Shown here: piece by piece, positions 19,570-29,161 of the stretch | Layout: every line of letters starts with the position of its first letter | Numbering within the stretch: the stretch's first letter is position 1 | NCBI GenBank assembly: GCA_963729895.1 | Contig: CAVSQB010000015.1 | Location: forward strand, 17,096 to 81,095 | Direction: 5' to 3' | DNA from: an uncultured Fibrobacterota bacterium | GTDB lineage: Bacteria > Fibrobacterota > Chitinivibrionia > Chitinivibrionales > FEN-1185 | Length of the DNA: 64,000 nucleotides | Program-made: the position numbers and the translations under genes | Notes under the pieces: generated by a model | What the model was told of the DNA's origin: nothing | Seen by the model: the letters and a program-made list of their open reading frames with translations, nothing else | Database searches by the model: none

Positions 19570-20499
19570 CTATTTCACCTGAACCGCGGTTTGTAAGGCG
19601 TCTACAATATAATCCATCATCTCAATATACGTGTCGGTGTGAGCGACGCCCCCCGGCATGATCGGCAGAGTGACCAGCGTAGCGCCGACTTTCTCTGCAA
19701 TCAGTTTGGGAACTTTTTCCGGGAATTGCGGTTCGCGCACGACAATGGGCACATGGTCGGCTTTCATCATCGAGATCAACTCCTCGATATGCCGGGGAGT
19801 CGGATCAATTCCCGGCTTGAGCTCTATAGTGCCCACATATCGCAGACCGAAACGATCTGCAAAATAAGGCCAGTGCTCGTGATAGGATACGAACTGAATG
19901 CCTTTCAGCGGCTTCATTTTTTCCCGCCACTCCGCAATCTTGGCATCGAGCCTGGCCAGGTATGCATCGCGGTTGCTCGTGAAGTCCGCCTGATCCTTGG
20001 GATCAATTGCCGCAAGGGCCTCGCAGATTTCCGAAACAGCCGTCTTCGCAAGAACGGGATCAAGCATGTAATGCGGGTTTCCGTAGGGATGCACGTCGCC
20101 GCCCGAGTGGTCGGTAGTCTTGGGCACGTCCACCGGAATGATATTTCTTGCGCAATCAACATAGCCCTGGTGACCAACCTGTATCCGGGGATTCTTGCTC
20201 GCCTCCAAAAGCGCAGGCAAAAAGGCGTGCTCGCAATCGAAACCGACGAGCACTACAAGGTCCGCCCTGTTAAGCAGCGGCACGAAACTGGGCTTCATGG
20301 GAACACCGTGCGTGTCTTCGACGCCCGTGGCAAGACTGTGAACATCAACATGGTCTTTCCCTACTTCGCGCGTAAAGTCCGCCAGATCGGTGAGCGTTGT
20401 CACGACGCGAATTTGAGAGGCATGTGCAGGCAACGCTCCTGCGAGCAAGGCTGCAACGACGGGAAAAATGGTTCTGAGCCGACGGAATCTGTTATTCAT
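19570..20499 (-). CDS. Metal ABC transporter substrate-binding protein (ZnuA/TroA cluster)
   Basis: VVTTL, EDTH, GDVHPYGNPHYMLDP and YHEHWPYF motifs. Confidence 0.92.
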   Translation of the reverse strand: MNNRFRRLRTIFPVVAALLAGALPAHASQIRVVTTLTDLADFTREVGKDHVDVHSLATGVEDTHGVPMKPSFVPLLNRADLVVLVGFDCEHAFLPALLEASKNPRIQVGHQGYVDCARNIIPVDVPKTTDHSGGDVHPYGNPHYMLDPVLAKTAVSEICEALAAIDPKDQADFTSNRDAYLARLDAKIAEWREKMKPLKGIQFVSYHEHWPYFADRFGLRYVGTIELKPGIDPTPRHIEELISMMKADHVPIVVREPQFPEKVPKLIAEKVGATLVTLPIMPGGVAHTDTYIEMMDYIVDALQTAVQVK

Positions 20500-20601
20500 G
20501 CGTGTATTCCTTCCCTGTAGAAATCATGGTGATCATTCTGATCCTGTAAATCATGGTCTGGCATTTTGAACTGACTTTTCCCATAATTCCGGGAATCCTT
20601 T

Positions 20602-21990
20602 TCAACGTTGCTGCCAACCGTGGGAATGCGAACCGATGATCCAGGACCATTGCAGGTATATCGCATCGTCATTTGCCAAGTCGAGCACGTGATTGCTTTC
20701 GGTGTGAGTGTACTGAAGCCGCAGTTGGTTCCAATGGCTTAGCGCCCAGGTAATGTACGGTGAATACTGGGCCGTTTGGTCCCGCGCGTTCTGATTGTTT
20801 TGCACCCATTCGTACAAGAATCCCGCCGACCACTCACGGCTGAACTTGTAGGTCACATAAGAATAGGCGCCCCATGCTCCGACCGAGGTATCGCCCGGAC
20901 TTCCGTGTGCGGCAATGCTGTCGCGATACATGTTGTCGCTGTAGAGCGCTTCGGTGCCCCATGTCAAGCTTTGAAACTGATTGTTGCGCAGGGGCACCCA
21001 CTTGAGAGATAGATCCGCCCCGGCAAGGCGTCGTTTTTTTTCCGTAAGCGTGCTGCCGTCCGGTTGCGCGAGCACGCCACCCCGGTCCTCGGTTCTCGGG
21101 TTATAGAGACCCGAAACACCCATTTCCGCCTGCCAATCCGGCGACAAATCGAAATAGGTGGACAGCCGTCCCCAGTAGTTCAGCTCATCAAATTGCCGGA
21201 TATCGCCGGGATTGCTCGGCGGGATGTCGCCCCCAAAGCCGTCGCCCGCGCCCGCCGTCAGACTCACATACTGCGGAAGCGGCACCAGCCAGTTGAGCTG
21301 AAACCCGTCGCTCCTGGATTCTCCCCCGATGTATTCGTCCAGCGCGAGCGGCCTGTTAACAAATGGCAACTCGTGATCGTGGATGTATCCCAGCCGTCCG
21401 AACTCGCCGAAAAACCGTCCCGCCTTAAGCTCAAGATTCAACGGAAGCGAGTTGGTTTGCAGCGCGGCCTCTTCGACGCCCATAGCGGCCTCACCGGTTA
21501 CGGGGTCGGCCGAAGCATTGACCACGGCATAGCCTTTTGCAAAGGGATCCACCGATGCCGCGACGTTGAGCTCCACCGATCGCGCATTCACATCGATACC
21601 GCCCGGACGGTCGCTGCCGGTTTCGACCATACCTTTCGTACGGTACGACGTAACAACTTCTCCCACCAAGCCAATAGATGGATTGAATTCGTTCGGTTTC
21701 GACTGCTTCTGCGCCTCGGAAATCGAGTTGACTTTTTCATTCAATTCCTGGATCTTTTCCTCCAAATCCTGAACGGTTTTCCGCTCATTCGCGGAAGCCT
21801 CCGGGAGCGCGGCCTTTGTTTCCGCCGTGTCCGAAGCAGACGTTTCCATTTTCAAATCGTTCACGTGCCGCTGCAATAGTTGCATCTGATACCTGAGCGA
21901 GTCCAAAGGCGGCTCGCCCTTCTGGGCAAAACTGTCGCGTGATGCCGCAACAATCACGAGGCACCACCACAACGATAGGAATATCTTCAT
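20602..21990 (-). CDS. Outer-membrane beta-barrel protein of metal-uptake loci
   Basis: Signal peptide, coiled coil, FNPSIG, HDHELPF motif, amphipathic strands and C-terminal GSHSH. Confidence 0.75.
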   Translation of the reverse strand: MKIFLSLWWCLVIVAASRDSFAQKGEPPLDSLRYQMQLLQRHVNDLKMETSASDTAETKAALPEASANERKTVQDLEEKIQELNEKVNSISEAQKQSKPNEFNPSIGLVGEVVTSYRTKGMVETGSDRPGGIDVNARSVELNVAASVDPFAKGYAVVNASADPVTGEAAMGVEEAALQTNSLPLNLELKAGRFFGEFGRLGYIHDHELPFVNRPLALDEYIGGESRSDGFQLNWLVPLPQYVSLTAGAGDGFGGDIPPSNPGDIRQFDELNYWGRLSTYFDLSPDWQAEMGVSGLYNPRTEDRGGVLAQPDGSTLTEKKRRLAGADLSLKWVPLRNNQFQSLTWGTEALYSDNMYRDSIAAHGSPGDTSVGAWGAYSYVTYKFSREWSAGFLYEWVQNNQNARDQTAQYSPYITWALSHWNQLRLQYTHTESNHVLDLANDDAIYLQWSWIIGSHSHGWQQR

Positions 21991-22151
21991 TTTTTCTCCC
22001 TTGTCAGAAGGTAACCCCGTGCCTGAACGCGCCGATTATTGCAGGTATCAACGGTTGCAGGCAAAAGAATCTGCTGAATCGTAAAAGAAGCGCGCCTCCG
22101 AGAAACCCGCTATCATTCCACGGCTTTCGGTGCTGTAATAACGAGAAGCTT

Positions 22152-22481
22152 TTAGAATGTGGGAGTTGAGACCGGGGGAGCACGGCTATGGTAAGATTGG
22201 GTGCGTCGGAGGACATTCGGCCTCGCATGAGCATCATTTAACTCAGTCCACGACAACAGGAAGATGGCGATGAAGAATATGACGGCAACTTCAACGGGTT
22301 GATTTTGGGCCATGCAGAGAGCACAATCGGAGTGTTCGAGCCCATCATCATGATGATGGAGCGGAAGCAGGCCACCGAGATAAAAGCAAAGGAGGAGTGC
22401 GAGAAGCATGCAGGCGCGTTTGGACACATTCTGACCGAAGAATCTTTTGATGGAAAGAGGACTTTCTACCATAGGGGACAT
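22152..22481 (-). CDS. DUF2946/CruR-like leader protein (TM, HHH, CxxC, C-terminal RAPP); start uncertain (22481/22472/22409)
   Basis: LPLHHHDDGLEHSDCALC...HSRAPPVSTPTF*; first ORF of the metal operon. Confidence 0.75.
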   Translation of the reverse strand: MSPMVESPLSIKRFFGQNVSKRACMLLALLLCFYLGGLLPLHHHDDGLEHSDCALCMAQNQPVEVAVIFFIAIFLLSWTELNDAHARPNVLRRTQSYHSRAPPVSTPTF

Positions 22482-22934
22482 TTCTTTGCAACGGGCTGCC
22501 GGCACCCAACGGACTCTGGACACTATTAAATACATAATTCGATTCGGGAATTGGTTTATTTGAGAAACTTATGGTGCATAGCCACGTCTTTATCCCGCAA
22601 ATTGGATACCAACCCTCCTCACCCGACATGCAATGACGTGCCATGTCGTCGCACCGTGGGCGCCGTACCGAACACATAAACAGTGAGAACGCGCATTCCC
22701 AATAATGGAAAAGGCACCGCCGGTTTTGCGAATCGAAGCTCCCCCTTCAACCTACCCTTTCCATGTCCTCCGCCTTGCGGGCACGGCGATTGCATCTTAC
22801 GGCTGTCTCAACGCAAGGGCGCCGCAAGCTCTCGTCACAGCGCTGCCCGATCTTCTTGCGGCGTCGTCGTTTGTTGTCTATTTTGCAAAGAGGCTGAGAA
22901 AGACGTAACCCTCGCTCCCTAAACCCGCACGGAT

Positions 22935-24245
22935 GTGTGCATGACGCGAAGCAAGCCCCGGCCGGCCTCGAACGCCTTTTCCGACGCGCGCACGGTTGCG
23001 GCGGCCGACAGTGCCCTTGACGGACGCGGCAAGACCGGCCTGCGCCGTCTTCTTCCTTTCCTGGGCCCGGCGTTTATCGCCAGCATCGCCTACATCGATC
23101 CCGGTAACTTTGCCACCAATATCCAGGCCGGTTCGGAATTCGGATACCTGCTTTTGTGGGTTGTGGTTGCAAGCAACCTCATGGCAATGCTCATCCAGAC
23201 ACTGTCGGCAAAACTCGGAATAGCTACGGGCAGGAACCTGGCTGAACTGTGCAGGGAGCGATTCGGACGCAGGCTGGTTCTGTTCATGTGGATCCTCATG
23301 GAAGTGGTTGCCATGGCAACCGACCTTGCGGAATTCATCGGTGCGGCGGTCGGGTTCAACTTACTTTTCGGCGTACCGCTGCTGTGGGGCGGCGCGCTTG
23401 CCGCAATCGCCACCTTCCTGATCCTCGGCCTGGAGCGGTTCGGTTTTCGCCCGCTTGAGGCGGTTATCACAGCCATGGTGGGCGTGATCGCCGCATGTTA
23501 CCTGGTCGAAACGATTCTTGACGTACCGGATTTCGGCGCGGTGTTCCTCCACGCGGTGACGCCGAAGTTTTCCGGCCGGGAAAGCGTTCTCCTGGCGACC
23601 GGAATCCTGGGCGCAACGGTCATGCCGCACGCGATATTCCTGCACTCCGCGCTTACCCAGGGAAGGATCGTGGTGAAAGACCCCGCAAGGATGCGGCGTC
23701 TGTTCGGGTTCGAGATTGCCGACGTGACAATTGCAATGACCATTGCGGGCCTTGTCAATATGGCAATGTTGATCATGGCCGCGGCAACGTTCCACCGGCA
23801 CGGGTTCACCTCGGTTGCAACCATCCAGGATGCGCACAGGACGCTCCAGCCCTTGCTCGGAAAAGCCGCGGGCTTCTTCTTTGCAGTGTCGCTCCTCGCG
23901 TCAGGGCTCTCATCGTCCACGGTCGGCACAAGCGCAGGCCAGGTCATCATGCAGGGGTTTGTAAAACGCAGGATCCCGGTGTGGGTGCGAAGGCTTGTCA
24001 CCACGGCGCCGTCGCTTGCCGTTATCGCAATCGGGCTCGACCCTACGCGCACCCTTGTCATCAGTCAAGTCGTGCTCAGTTTCGGCCTGCCCTTCGCCCT
24101 GGTGCCGCTGCTCTTGTTTACCGCCAATAAATCGCTGATGGGCCCGCTTACGAACCGCCGGCCCACCACGGCGCTCATGACGCTGATTACGTGCGCCGTG
24201 ATAGCGCTCAACGCGTTTCTCGTACTCCTTATCATACGGGGATAA
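22935..24245 (+). CDS. mntH: Nramp-family divalent metal transporter
   Basis: AYIDPGN, GATVMPH and VISQVVLSF signatures. Confidence 0.95.
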   Translation: MCMTRSKPRPASNAFSDARTVAAADSALDGRGKTGLRRLLPFLGPAFIASIAYIDPGNFATNIQAGSEFGYLLLWVVVASNLMAMLIQTLSAKLGIATGRNLAELCRERFGRRLVLFMWILMEVVAMATDLAEFIGAAVGFNLLFGVPLLWGGALAAIATFLILGLERFGFRPLEAVITAMVGVIAACYLVETILDVPDFGAVFLHAVTPKFSGRESVLLATGILGATVMPHAIFLHSALTQGRIVVKDPARMRRLFGFEIADVTIAMTIAGLVNMAMLIMAAATFHRHGFTSVATIQDAHRTLQPLLGKAAGFFFAVSLLASGLSSSTVGTSAGQVIMQGFVKRRIPVWVRRLVTTAPSLAVIAIGLDPTRTLVISQVVLSFGLPFALVPLLLFTANKSLMGPLTNRRPTTALMTLITCAVIALNAFLVLLIIRG

Positions 24246-24249
24246 TGCC

Positions 24250-25149
24250 ATGTTCAAACACATTCTCGTCCCGCTTGACGGGTCCAAACTGGCGGAGGCA
24301 GCGCTGCCCGCGGCCCGGTTTTTCGGCCGGTGTTTCGGCGCGCGAGTCTCCCTCGTGCACCTTATAGAAAAAGGCCGCCCGCAAACCGTTCACGAGCAGC
24401 CGCATTTGCACGACGAGAAAGAGGCGGCCGCCTACCTTGCGGCAACGGCTTCCTCATTCCCTCCGGGAATGCCCGTGGATTGCCACGTGCACCGCGAAGA
24501 GGTGCGTCACGTGGCCCGCAGCATCGTTGAACACTGCATGACCGAGCTTCGTTCCGATCTTGTCATAATGTGCACACACGGCGACGACGGCACGCGCCGG
24601 TTTCTTTCCGGCGCCATTTCGCAACAGGTGATCGCGCGGGGCACGGTGCCGGTGCTCGCGGTCCACGCGGGCGCAGATCCTTCGCGCGAGTTTACGTGCG
24701 GGAAGATCCTCGCGCCCGTCGGCGGCCAACGCGACCATGGCGACGTTCTCGGTTCCGCCCGGCAATTCGCCCTCTGTTGCCGCGCAACCGTGCGTCTTGT
24801 TTCCGTTGTTCCCACGTTCGACACAATCCCGGGAACATGGTTTCAGGTCGGCCGCCTTTTGCCCGGCACAACGGGGGAGATGCTCGACATAGAAGCGGAT
24901 GAAATGTCCGGCTTGCTCATGAATCAGGCGGACTCTCTCCGCGCGGCGGGCGTCGGCGTTGAATGCACGGTTCTTCGCGGCGACCCGGGCCTCCTGATTG
25001 CACTTGACGCAGAAGAATCAGGCTGCTCCATAATCGTGATGGCCACCCACGGTAAATCGGGCATGTCGGCGCTCTGGGACGGCAGCGTCGCTCCCAAAGT
25101 GTTTGCGGAGAGCAAAAAGCCGATTCTGCTGCTGCCGGTTGAAAAATGA
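24250..25149 (+). CDS. Tandem-domain universal stress protein
   Basis: ILVPLDGS, VIMCTHG and VMATHGKSG..GSVA motifs. Confidence 0.9.
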   Translation: MFKHILVPLDGSKLAEAALPAARFFGRCFGARVSLVHLIEKGRPQTVHEQPHLHDEKEAAAYLAATASSFPPGMPVDCHVHREEVRHVARSIVEHCMTELRSDLVIMCTHGDDGTRRFLSGAISQQVIARGTVPVLAVHAGADPSREFTCGKILAPVGGQRDHGDVLGSARQFALCCRATVRLVSVVPTFDTIPGTWFQVGRLLPGTTGEMLDIEADEMSGLLMNQADSLRAAGVGVECTVLRGDPGLLIALDAEESGCSIIVMATHGKSGMSALWDGSVAPKVFAESKKPILLLPVEK

Positions 25150-25288
25150 AGGAATTGAGCACAACATTGTGCCCCATGCCAAGAGGGCGTGGTCTATTTT
25201 AAAGAAACCACCGCAAGCGGTCACAGCTCTGCTCATGACCCGTCCGGTTTCGAGACACCAACGATCCAACAGCAAGGATAAGTGCGCA

Positions 25289-25921
25289 ATGGGTCTCTTG
25301 TCGCTTTTGTTTAGAAATCCCGTCGAATTTGCAATCGTTGCTCTCGCGCTGTTGTACTCCATCATTGCGCACGAGGTTGCGCACGGCTGGGTGGCATCAC
25401 TCTTTGGTGATGACACGGCGCGGCTCCACGGCAGGCTCACGCTTAATCCTCTCCCGCATATCGATCCGGTTGGAGCAATTATGCTGCTCGTGGCCGGGTT
25501 CGGATGGGCAAAACCGGTCCCCGTCAATTATCGCAGGTTCGAGAGTTTCCGTGTCGGCATTATCTCGGTCGCGCTGGCGGGATGCGTCACGAATATTCTC
25601 ATTGCGGCCGCGGCGATGGTCGTGCTGCAATTCTTTGCAGTCCAAATGAATGCGGGGCTTACCGAGACCTTCGCCACCATCGCCCGGATCAACATTATCC
25701 TCGGTGCGTTCAACCTGATCCCCATCCCGCCGCTTGACGGATCGAGAGTGCTCATGGCATTCCTTCCTCAAGAGATGCAGTACTCGCTTGCACGGATCGA
25801 GCCGTACGGTTTTTTCATCCTTATCGCGCTTCTTTTCACCGGCCTTCTTAATCCCGTGATTTCCTTCATGCAGAACGCAATATTCGCCCTTATCAGCATT
25901 CCGTTTTCATTGTTCAGATGA
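25289..25921 (+). CDS. Site-2 protease (M50) family
   Basis: HEVAH, GWAKPVP and FNLIPIPPLDG motifs. Confidence 0.92.
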   Translation: MGLLSLLFRNPVEFAIVALALLYSIIAHEVAHGWVASLFGDDTARLHGRLTLNPLPHIDPVGAIMLLVAGFGWAKPVPVNYRRFESFRVGIISVALAGCVTNILIAAAAMVVLQFFAVQMNAGLTETFATIARINIILGAFNLIPIPPLDGSRVLMAFLPQEMQYSLARIEPYGFFILIALLFTGLLNPVISFMQNAIFALISIPFSLFR

Positions 25922-25968
25922 TGCGGCGCCATTGCGCGCCGAGTCAACTCTCTGGATTGAACTGAAAT

Positions 25969-25983
25969 TGGCACGGTTATTGA
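25969..25983 (+). promoter_or_regulatory. Possible sigma-54 promoter
   Basis: TGGCAC-N5-TTGA, 30 nt upstream of the Rieske gene. Confidence 0.4.
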
Positions 25984-26012
25984 TCTTTTAGGTCCCAACA
26001 AAAGGAGGTCCT

Positions 26013-26474
26013 ATGGGCAAAGGCATGGTTACCAGACGCGAGTTCCTCGTTGACGTTGGAAAAACAGCGCTTGCAACTGCGGTTGTGGCGCCTCTTGTGG
26101 GGTTTGAGGCTCAGGCATCGAGCGGTAAAGCGCCGCTTCCGATGCAGCCGATTACAATAGACTTGACAAAACAGGAATATGCGGCTCTTGCCCAGACTGG
26201 CGGCGCCGTAAAGATCCCAAATCCGAACGACAAAAAGAGACCGATTATCGTGAGCAGAATATCCGACACCGGCGTTGCCGCCTTCTCTTCCAAGTGCACC
26301 CATTTTGGGTGCGAAGTCCCTCTGCCCGTAAACGGCGTAATCAAATGCCCGTGCCACGGCTCATTGTTCGATGCGTCGGGCAAGGTCACTCATGGGCCGG
26401 CAAAGAGGGATCTTGCCGCCTTTTCCGCGACTTTGGACGGATCGACCGTCACCATTAAAGAAATGGCCATGTAA
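26013..26474 (+). CDS. Tat-exported Rieske [2Fe-2S] protein
   Basis: TRREFL Tat motif; CTHFGC and CPCHGS boxes. Confidence 0.92.
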   Translation: MGKGMVTRREFLVDVGKTALATAVVAPLVGFEAQASSGKAPLPMQPITIDLTKQEYAALAQTGGAVKIPNPNDKKRPIIVSRISDTGVAAFSSKCTHFGCEVPLPVNGVIKCPCHGSLFDASGKVTHGPAKRDLAAFSATLDGSTVTIKEMAM

Positions 26475-26503
26475 AATTCTTCAATGTTGTGACAAATAAA
26501 ATC

Positions 26504-26547
26504 TCGTGACGGACGCAATTGCTTTTTGCAACGTCCGTCACGATTTT
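26504..26547 (+). terminator. Probable intrinsic terminator
   Basis: 12-bp perfect stem TCGTGACGGACG/CGTCCGTCACGA followed by TTTT. Confidence 0.6.
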
Positions 26548-26747
26548 GTATGTGCTTTGTTGTTTGCCCCCCAAGTGCATGCGGGTCATGCGTCAACGCG
26601 GCGCATGCCCAAAGTAAGCCTTGGTGCGTGCCGAACCCAGGGACGCCGCAAAAATGGCTCTTCAACAGCCTGTCGGTTCCGCGAGTTCAATTTCGAAAAA
26701 ACAATTCCTGAAAATGGGAAACGCTCGTCTTATTATTTCACAGTCCC

Positions 26748-26762
26748 GGGCATAAGGATTGC
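26748..26762 (+). promoter_or_regulatory. Possible sigma-54 promoter
   Basis: GGGCAT-N5-TTGC upstream of 26821. Confidence 0.4.
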
Positions 26763-26820
26763 TGCACCAATGGACATCTCAAGGGCGTAACAAGGTACCC
26801 GTTGTCTTCATCGAAAGGCT

Positions 26821-27531
26821 ATGGCAATCATGAAGAACATGCATTTCACTGTCGCCATGTGCGTCTGCTTGTTCATCTGTGTGAATTGCGCTTTCGCGCA
26901 AGATACTGCAACAATCCTCCGGAAGATCGCGGACGCGTACGGCGTTTCTTCTTTTTCCTCTGTTTCTAAAATCAAGTTCACCTTTCATGTGGTGCGCGAC
27001 ACGGTCCGGGTAAGCAGGTCGTGGCTGTGGGAGCCGAAATCGAACCGCGTCACCCTGGAAAATCCGCCGAAACAGGACAAACCGGTTTCTTACGTGAGGC
27101 CGAATCCGGGCGACAGCGTTTCCGCCGAAATCCGAACGGTTGATTGGATGTTTGTCAACGACCAGTACTGGCTCATGTTCCCATTCCACCTGGTGTGGGA
27201 TTCGATGGCAACGGTGGAGGTGAAGGAGCGTCAGCCTCTGCCCATTGGCGCCGGAAGCGCAACCCGGGTGACGGTATCGTATCCGAAACAGGGTGGCTAC
27301 ACGCCTGGTGACGCATACGAACTGTTTATCGACAAGAATTACCGTATACGCCAGTGGCGCTATATGCGCGGCGGGGAAAAACAGATGGCTCTCGCCGAAT
27401 GGAAGAAAAATGCCTCAGCCGGACCCGTAAAATTCTCACTTGACCGGCCGGGCGCAAACGGATTTAGAGTCTGGTTTACCAACGTAGCCGTTGTTGTTGA
27501 TAATTCAGATAATTGGATTTCCGCGCACTGA
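26821..27531 (+). CDS. Hypothetical exported protein
   Basis: Signal peptide ending AFA; FVNDQYWLMFPF and GGYTPGD segments look conserved. Confidence 0.75.
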   Translation: MAIMKNMHFTVAMCVCLFICVNCAFAQDTATILRKIADAYGVSSFSSVSKIKFTFHVVRDTVRVSRSWLWEPKSNRVTLENPPKQDKPVSYVRPNPGDSVSAEIRTVDWMFVNDQYWLMFPFHLVWDSMATVEVKERQPLPIGAGSATRVTVSYPKQGGYTPGDAYELFIDKNYRIRQWRYMRGGEKQMALAEWKKNASAGPVKFSLDRPGANGFRVWFTNVAVVVDNSDNWISAH

Positions 27532-27676
27532 AGGTCCGGCGCGTTGAGAGCCGGTTACGCCTTTCCAGACATCCCCGCAACTCCTCTGCAGACGAGCGCT
27601 CGCGGCTTTGAATAACGCAACCCATCGCCCTGGTTTCAATCCGGTTGTCAGCGTTTGATGAGTGTCCGCACAAAGC

Positions 27677-28315
27677 CTACCGCGCCTGGCCTGCAGTCTT
27701 TTCGCTCCCATTGCCGGTGATGGTCCCGATAATCGCGTTCACAATTCTTTTGCCGTTTTGCAAGGTGTACCGTACATTCACGGAGACAAAGTTCCGGAGT
27801 TCCCCAAGCGTGGACATTCTGTTCCCCGCCCTGATGACGGCGGACTTATCGAGGGCAAAGGTATCTTCCCGTTCCGTGGAAGCGGTTATGATCATGGTGT
27901 TTCCCGCATCATCAATGGACCGGATTGTCCCTTCCGCCACAACCATGTTGTCGCCTTGCACGATTGCCGGCGGGGTCTCCTGCCACGGTTTGGGCATTGC
28001 AACAATCTCGGCAGCGAGTTTTATTCCCTTCACCGGTGCGTATTTCACACGGACGGGGGAACCGGGAGCGAGGTCTTTCACCGTTGAAAGCTTCTGCCCG
28101 GGGCTGGTCACCGAGGCATTGCCCACGGCAAAAGTATCCTTCCGTTCGATCCTTGCTCTGAGGACGATCACGGAGCCCATCGCATCTACCGACACGATGC
28201 GCCCTTCCGAAATGAGCACGGGCTCACTTTCGTTCCCCCAGACGTCCGTTTCACAGGAAAGGAGGGTCGCCGCCATGACGACCGCCGCCAACGGGGCATG
28301 AATGAGGTTGTTCAT
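27677..28315 (-). CDS. Hypothetical lipoprotein with two internal beta-rich repeats
   Basis: Lipobox LLSC; EGRIVSVD..DTFAV and EGTIRSID..DTFAL repeats. Confidence 0.7.
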   Translation of the reverse strand: MNNLIHAPLAAVVMAATLLSCETDVWGNESEPVLISEGRIVSVDAMGSVIVLRARIERKDTFAVGNASVTSPGQKLSTVKDLAPGSPVRVKYAPVKGIKLAAEIVAMPKPWQETPPAIVQGDNMVVAEGTIRSIDDAGNTMIITASTEREDTFALDKSAVIRAGNRMSTLGELRNFVSVNVRYTLQNGKRIVNAIIGTITGNGSEKTAGQAR

Positions 28316-28676
28316 TGGGCCATCTCCCTGTTTACATTTTCTCTTTCATCAACTTGCACCTACCTGTGCGTTGTCTCTTTGTTTTAAGCAGCAATCCGCG
28401 TTCCAAGGCCCGCTTCCCGGCAATCATGGCAGGCGGTCACATGGACTTACAGTACCTGCGGCCATGATACTCTTAAATTTGCTTTTGCACCGGAGTTGGG
28501 AAAACAATTATCATCCTGATTTTGCCTGTCCATGTGCACGACTCTGGTTTGGCATGTCACTTTGTCAGGCACACCATTTGCGAGCTAATACCGGCGGCGA
28601 AAAGGCTGGTAGCGTTTCTCGTTTTTGAGAAATCACTGCCTCTATCTATCCACCACTCAAAACAAAGGAGAAATTC

Positions 28677-28853
28677 ATGGCCACAGAAACGCTCGATCGC
28701 GAAAAAGTAGCTCAGCGCGCGTATCAAATCTATGTGGAGCGCGGCAAGAAGCCGGGCTCGGATTTTGATGATTGGGTCAGGGCAGAAAAAGAAATACTTG
28801 GGCAAAGTAACGCAAAGAAAGTCTTTCCCAAGAAGAAGTCGTTTTCCAACTAG
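28677..28853 (+). CDS. DUF2934-family small protein (58 aa, absent from ORF track)
   Basis: MATETLDREKVAQRAYQIYVERGKKPGSDFDDWVRAEKEI...; RBS AAGGAG. Confidence 0.85.
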   Translation: MATETLDREKVAQRAYQIYVERGKKPGSDFDDWVRAEKEILGQSNAKKVFPKKKSFSN

Positions 28854-28876
28854 TTAAACATCTTCCTCTGAGTCGC

Positions 28877-28904
28877 AAGGCCCCTGGTTAATGGGGGCCT
28901 TTTT
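28877..28904 (+). terminator. Intrinsic terminator
   Basis: AAGGCCCC/GGGGCCTT stem plus T-tract. Confidence 0.7.
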
Positions 28905-29161
28905 GCGTTTAGGATTGATTGCAATCGTTCCCGAATGCTGGGAAGGCAAGAAAACTTTTGCCGAAGCCTCCCATACGAATGTATGTTATTCTTCGGGTGA
29001 TCGTCAAACCCTCCGCCCCATCCCGCAGTGCATCAACAAGCGCACTGCAATCCCAAGAGAGGTCAATTGCCATGGATCTCGGCCACGGGAAACCCTTTTT
29101 GATTCACTAATATTCGCATGCGCGATAAGTTTCTATCGTCCGGCAACCGAATCGGGGCACA

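Noticed and set aside
22540..22934. yybP-ykoY riboswitch or Zur/MntR box between the leader ORF and mntH
   Set aside because: No recognisable consensus or strong palindrome by eye; needs a CM/PWM scan
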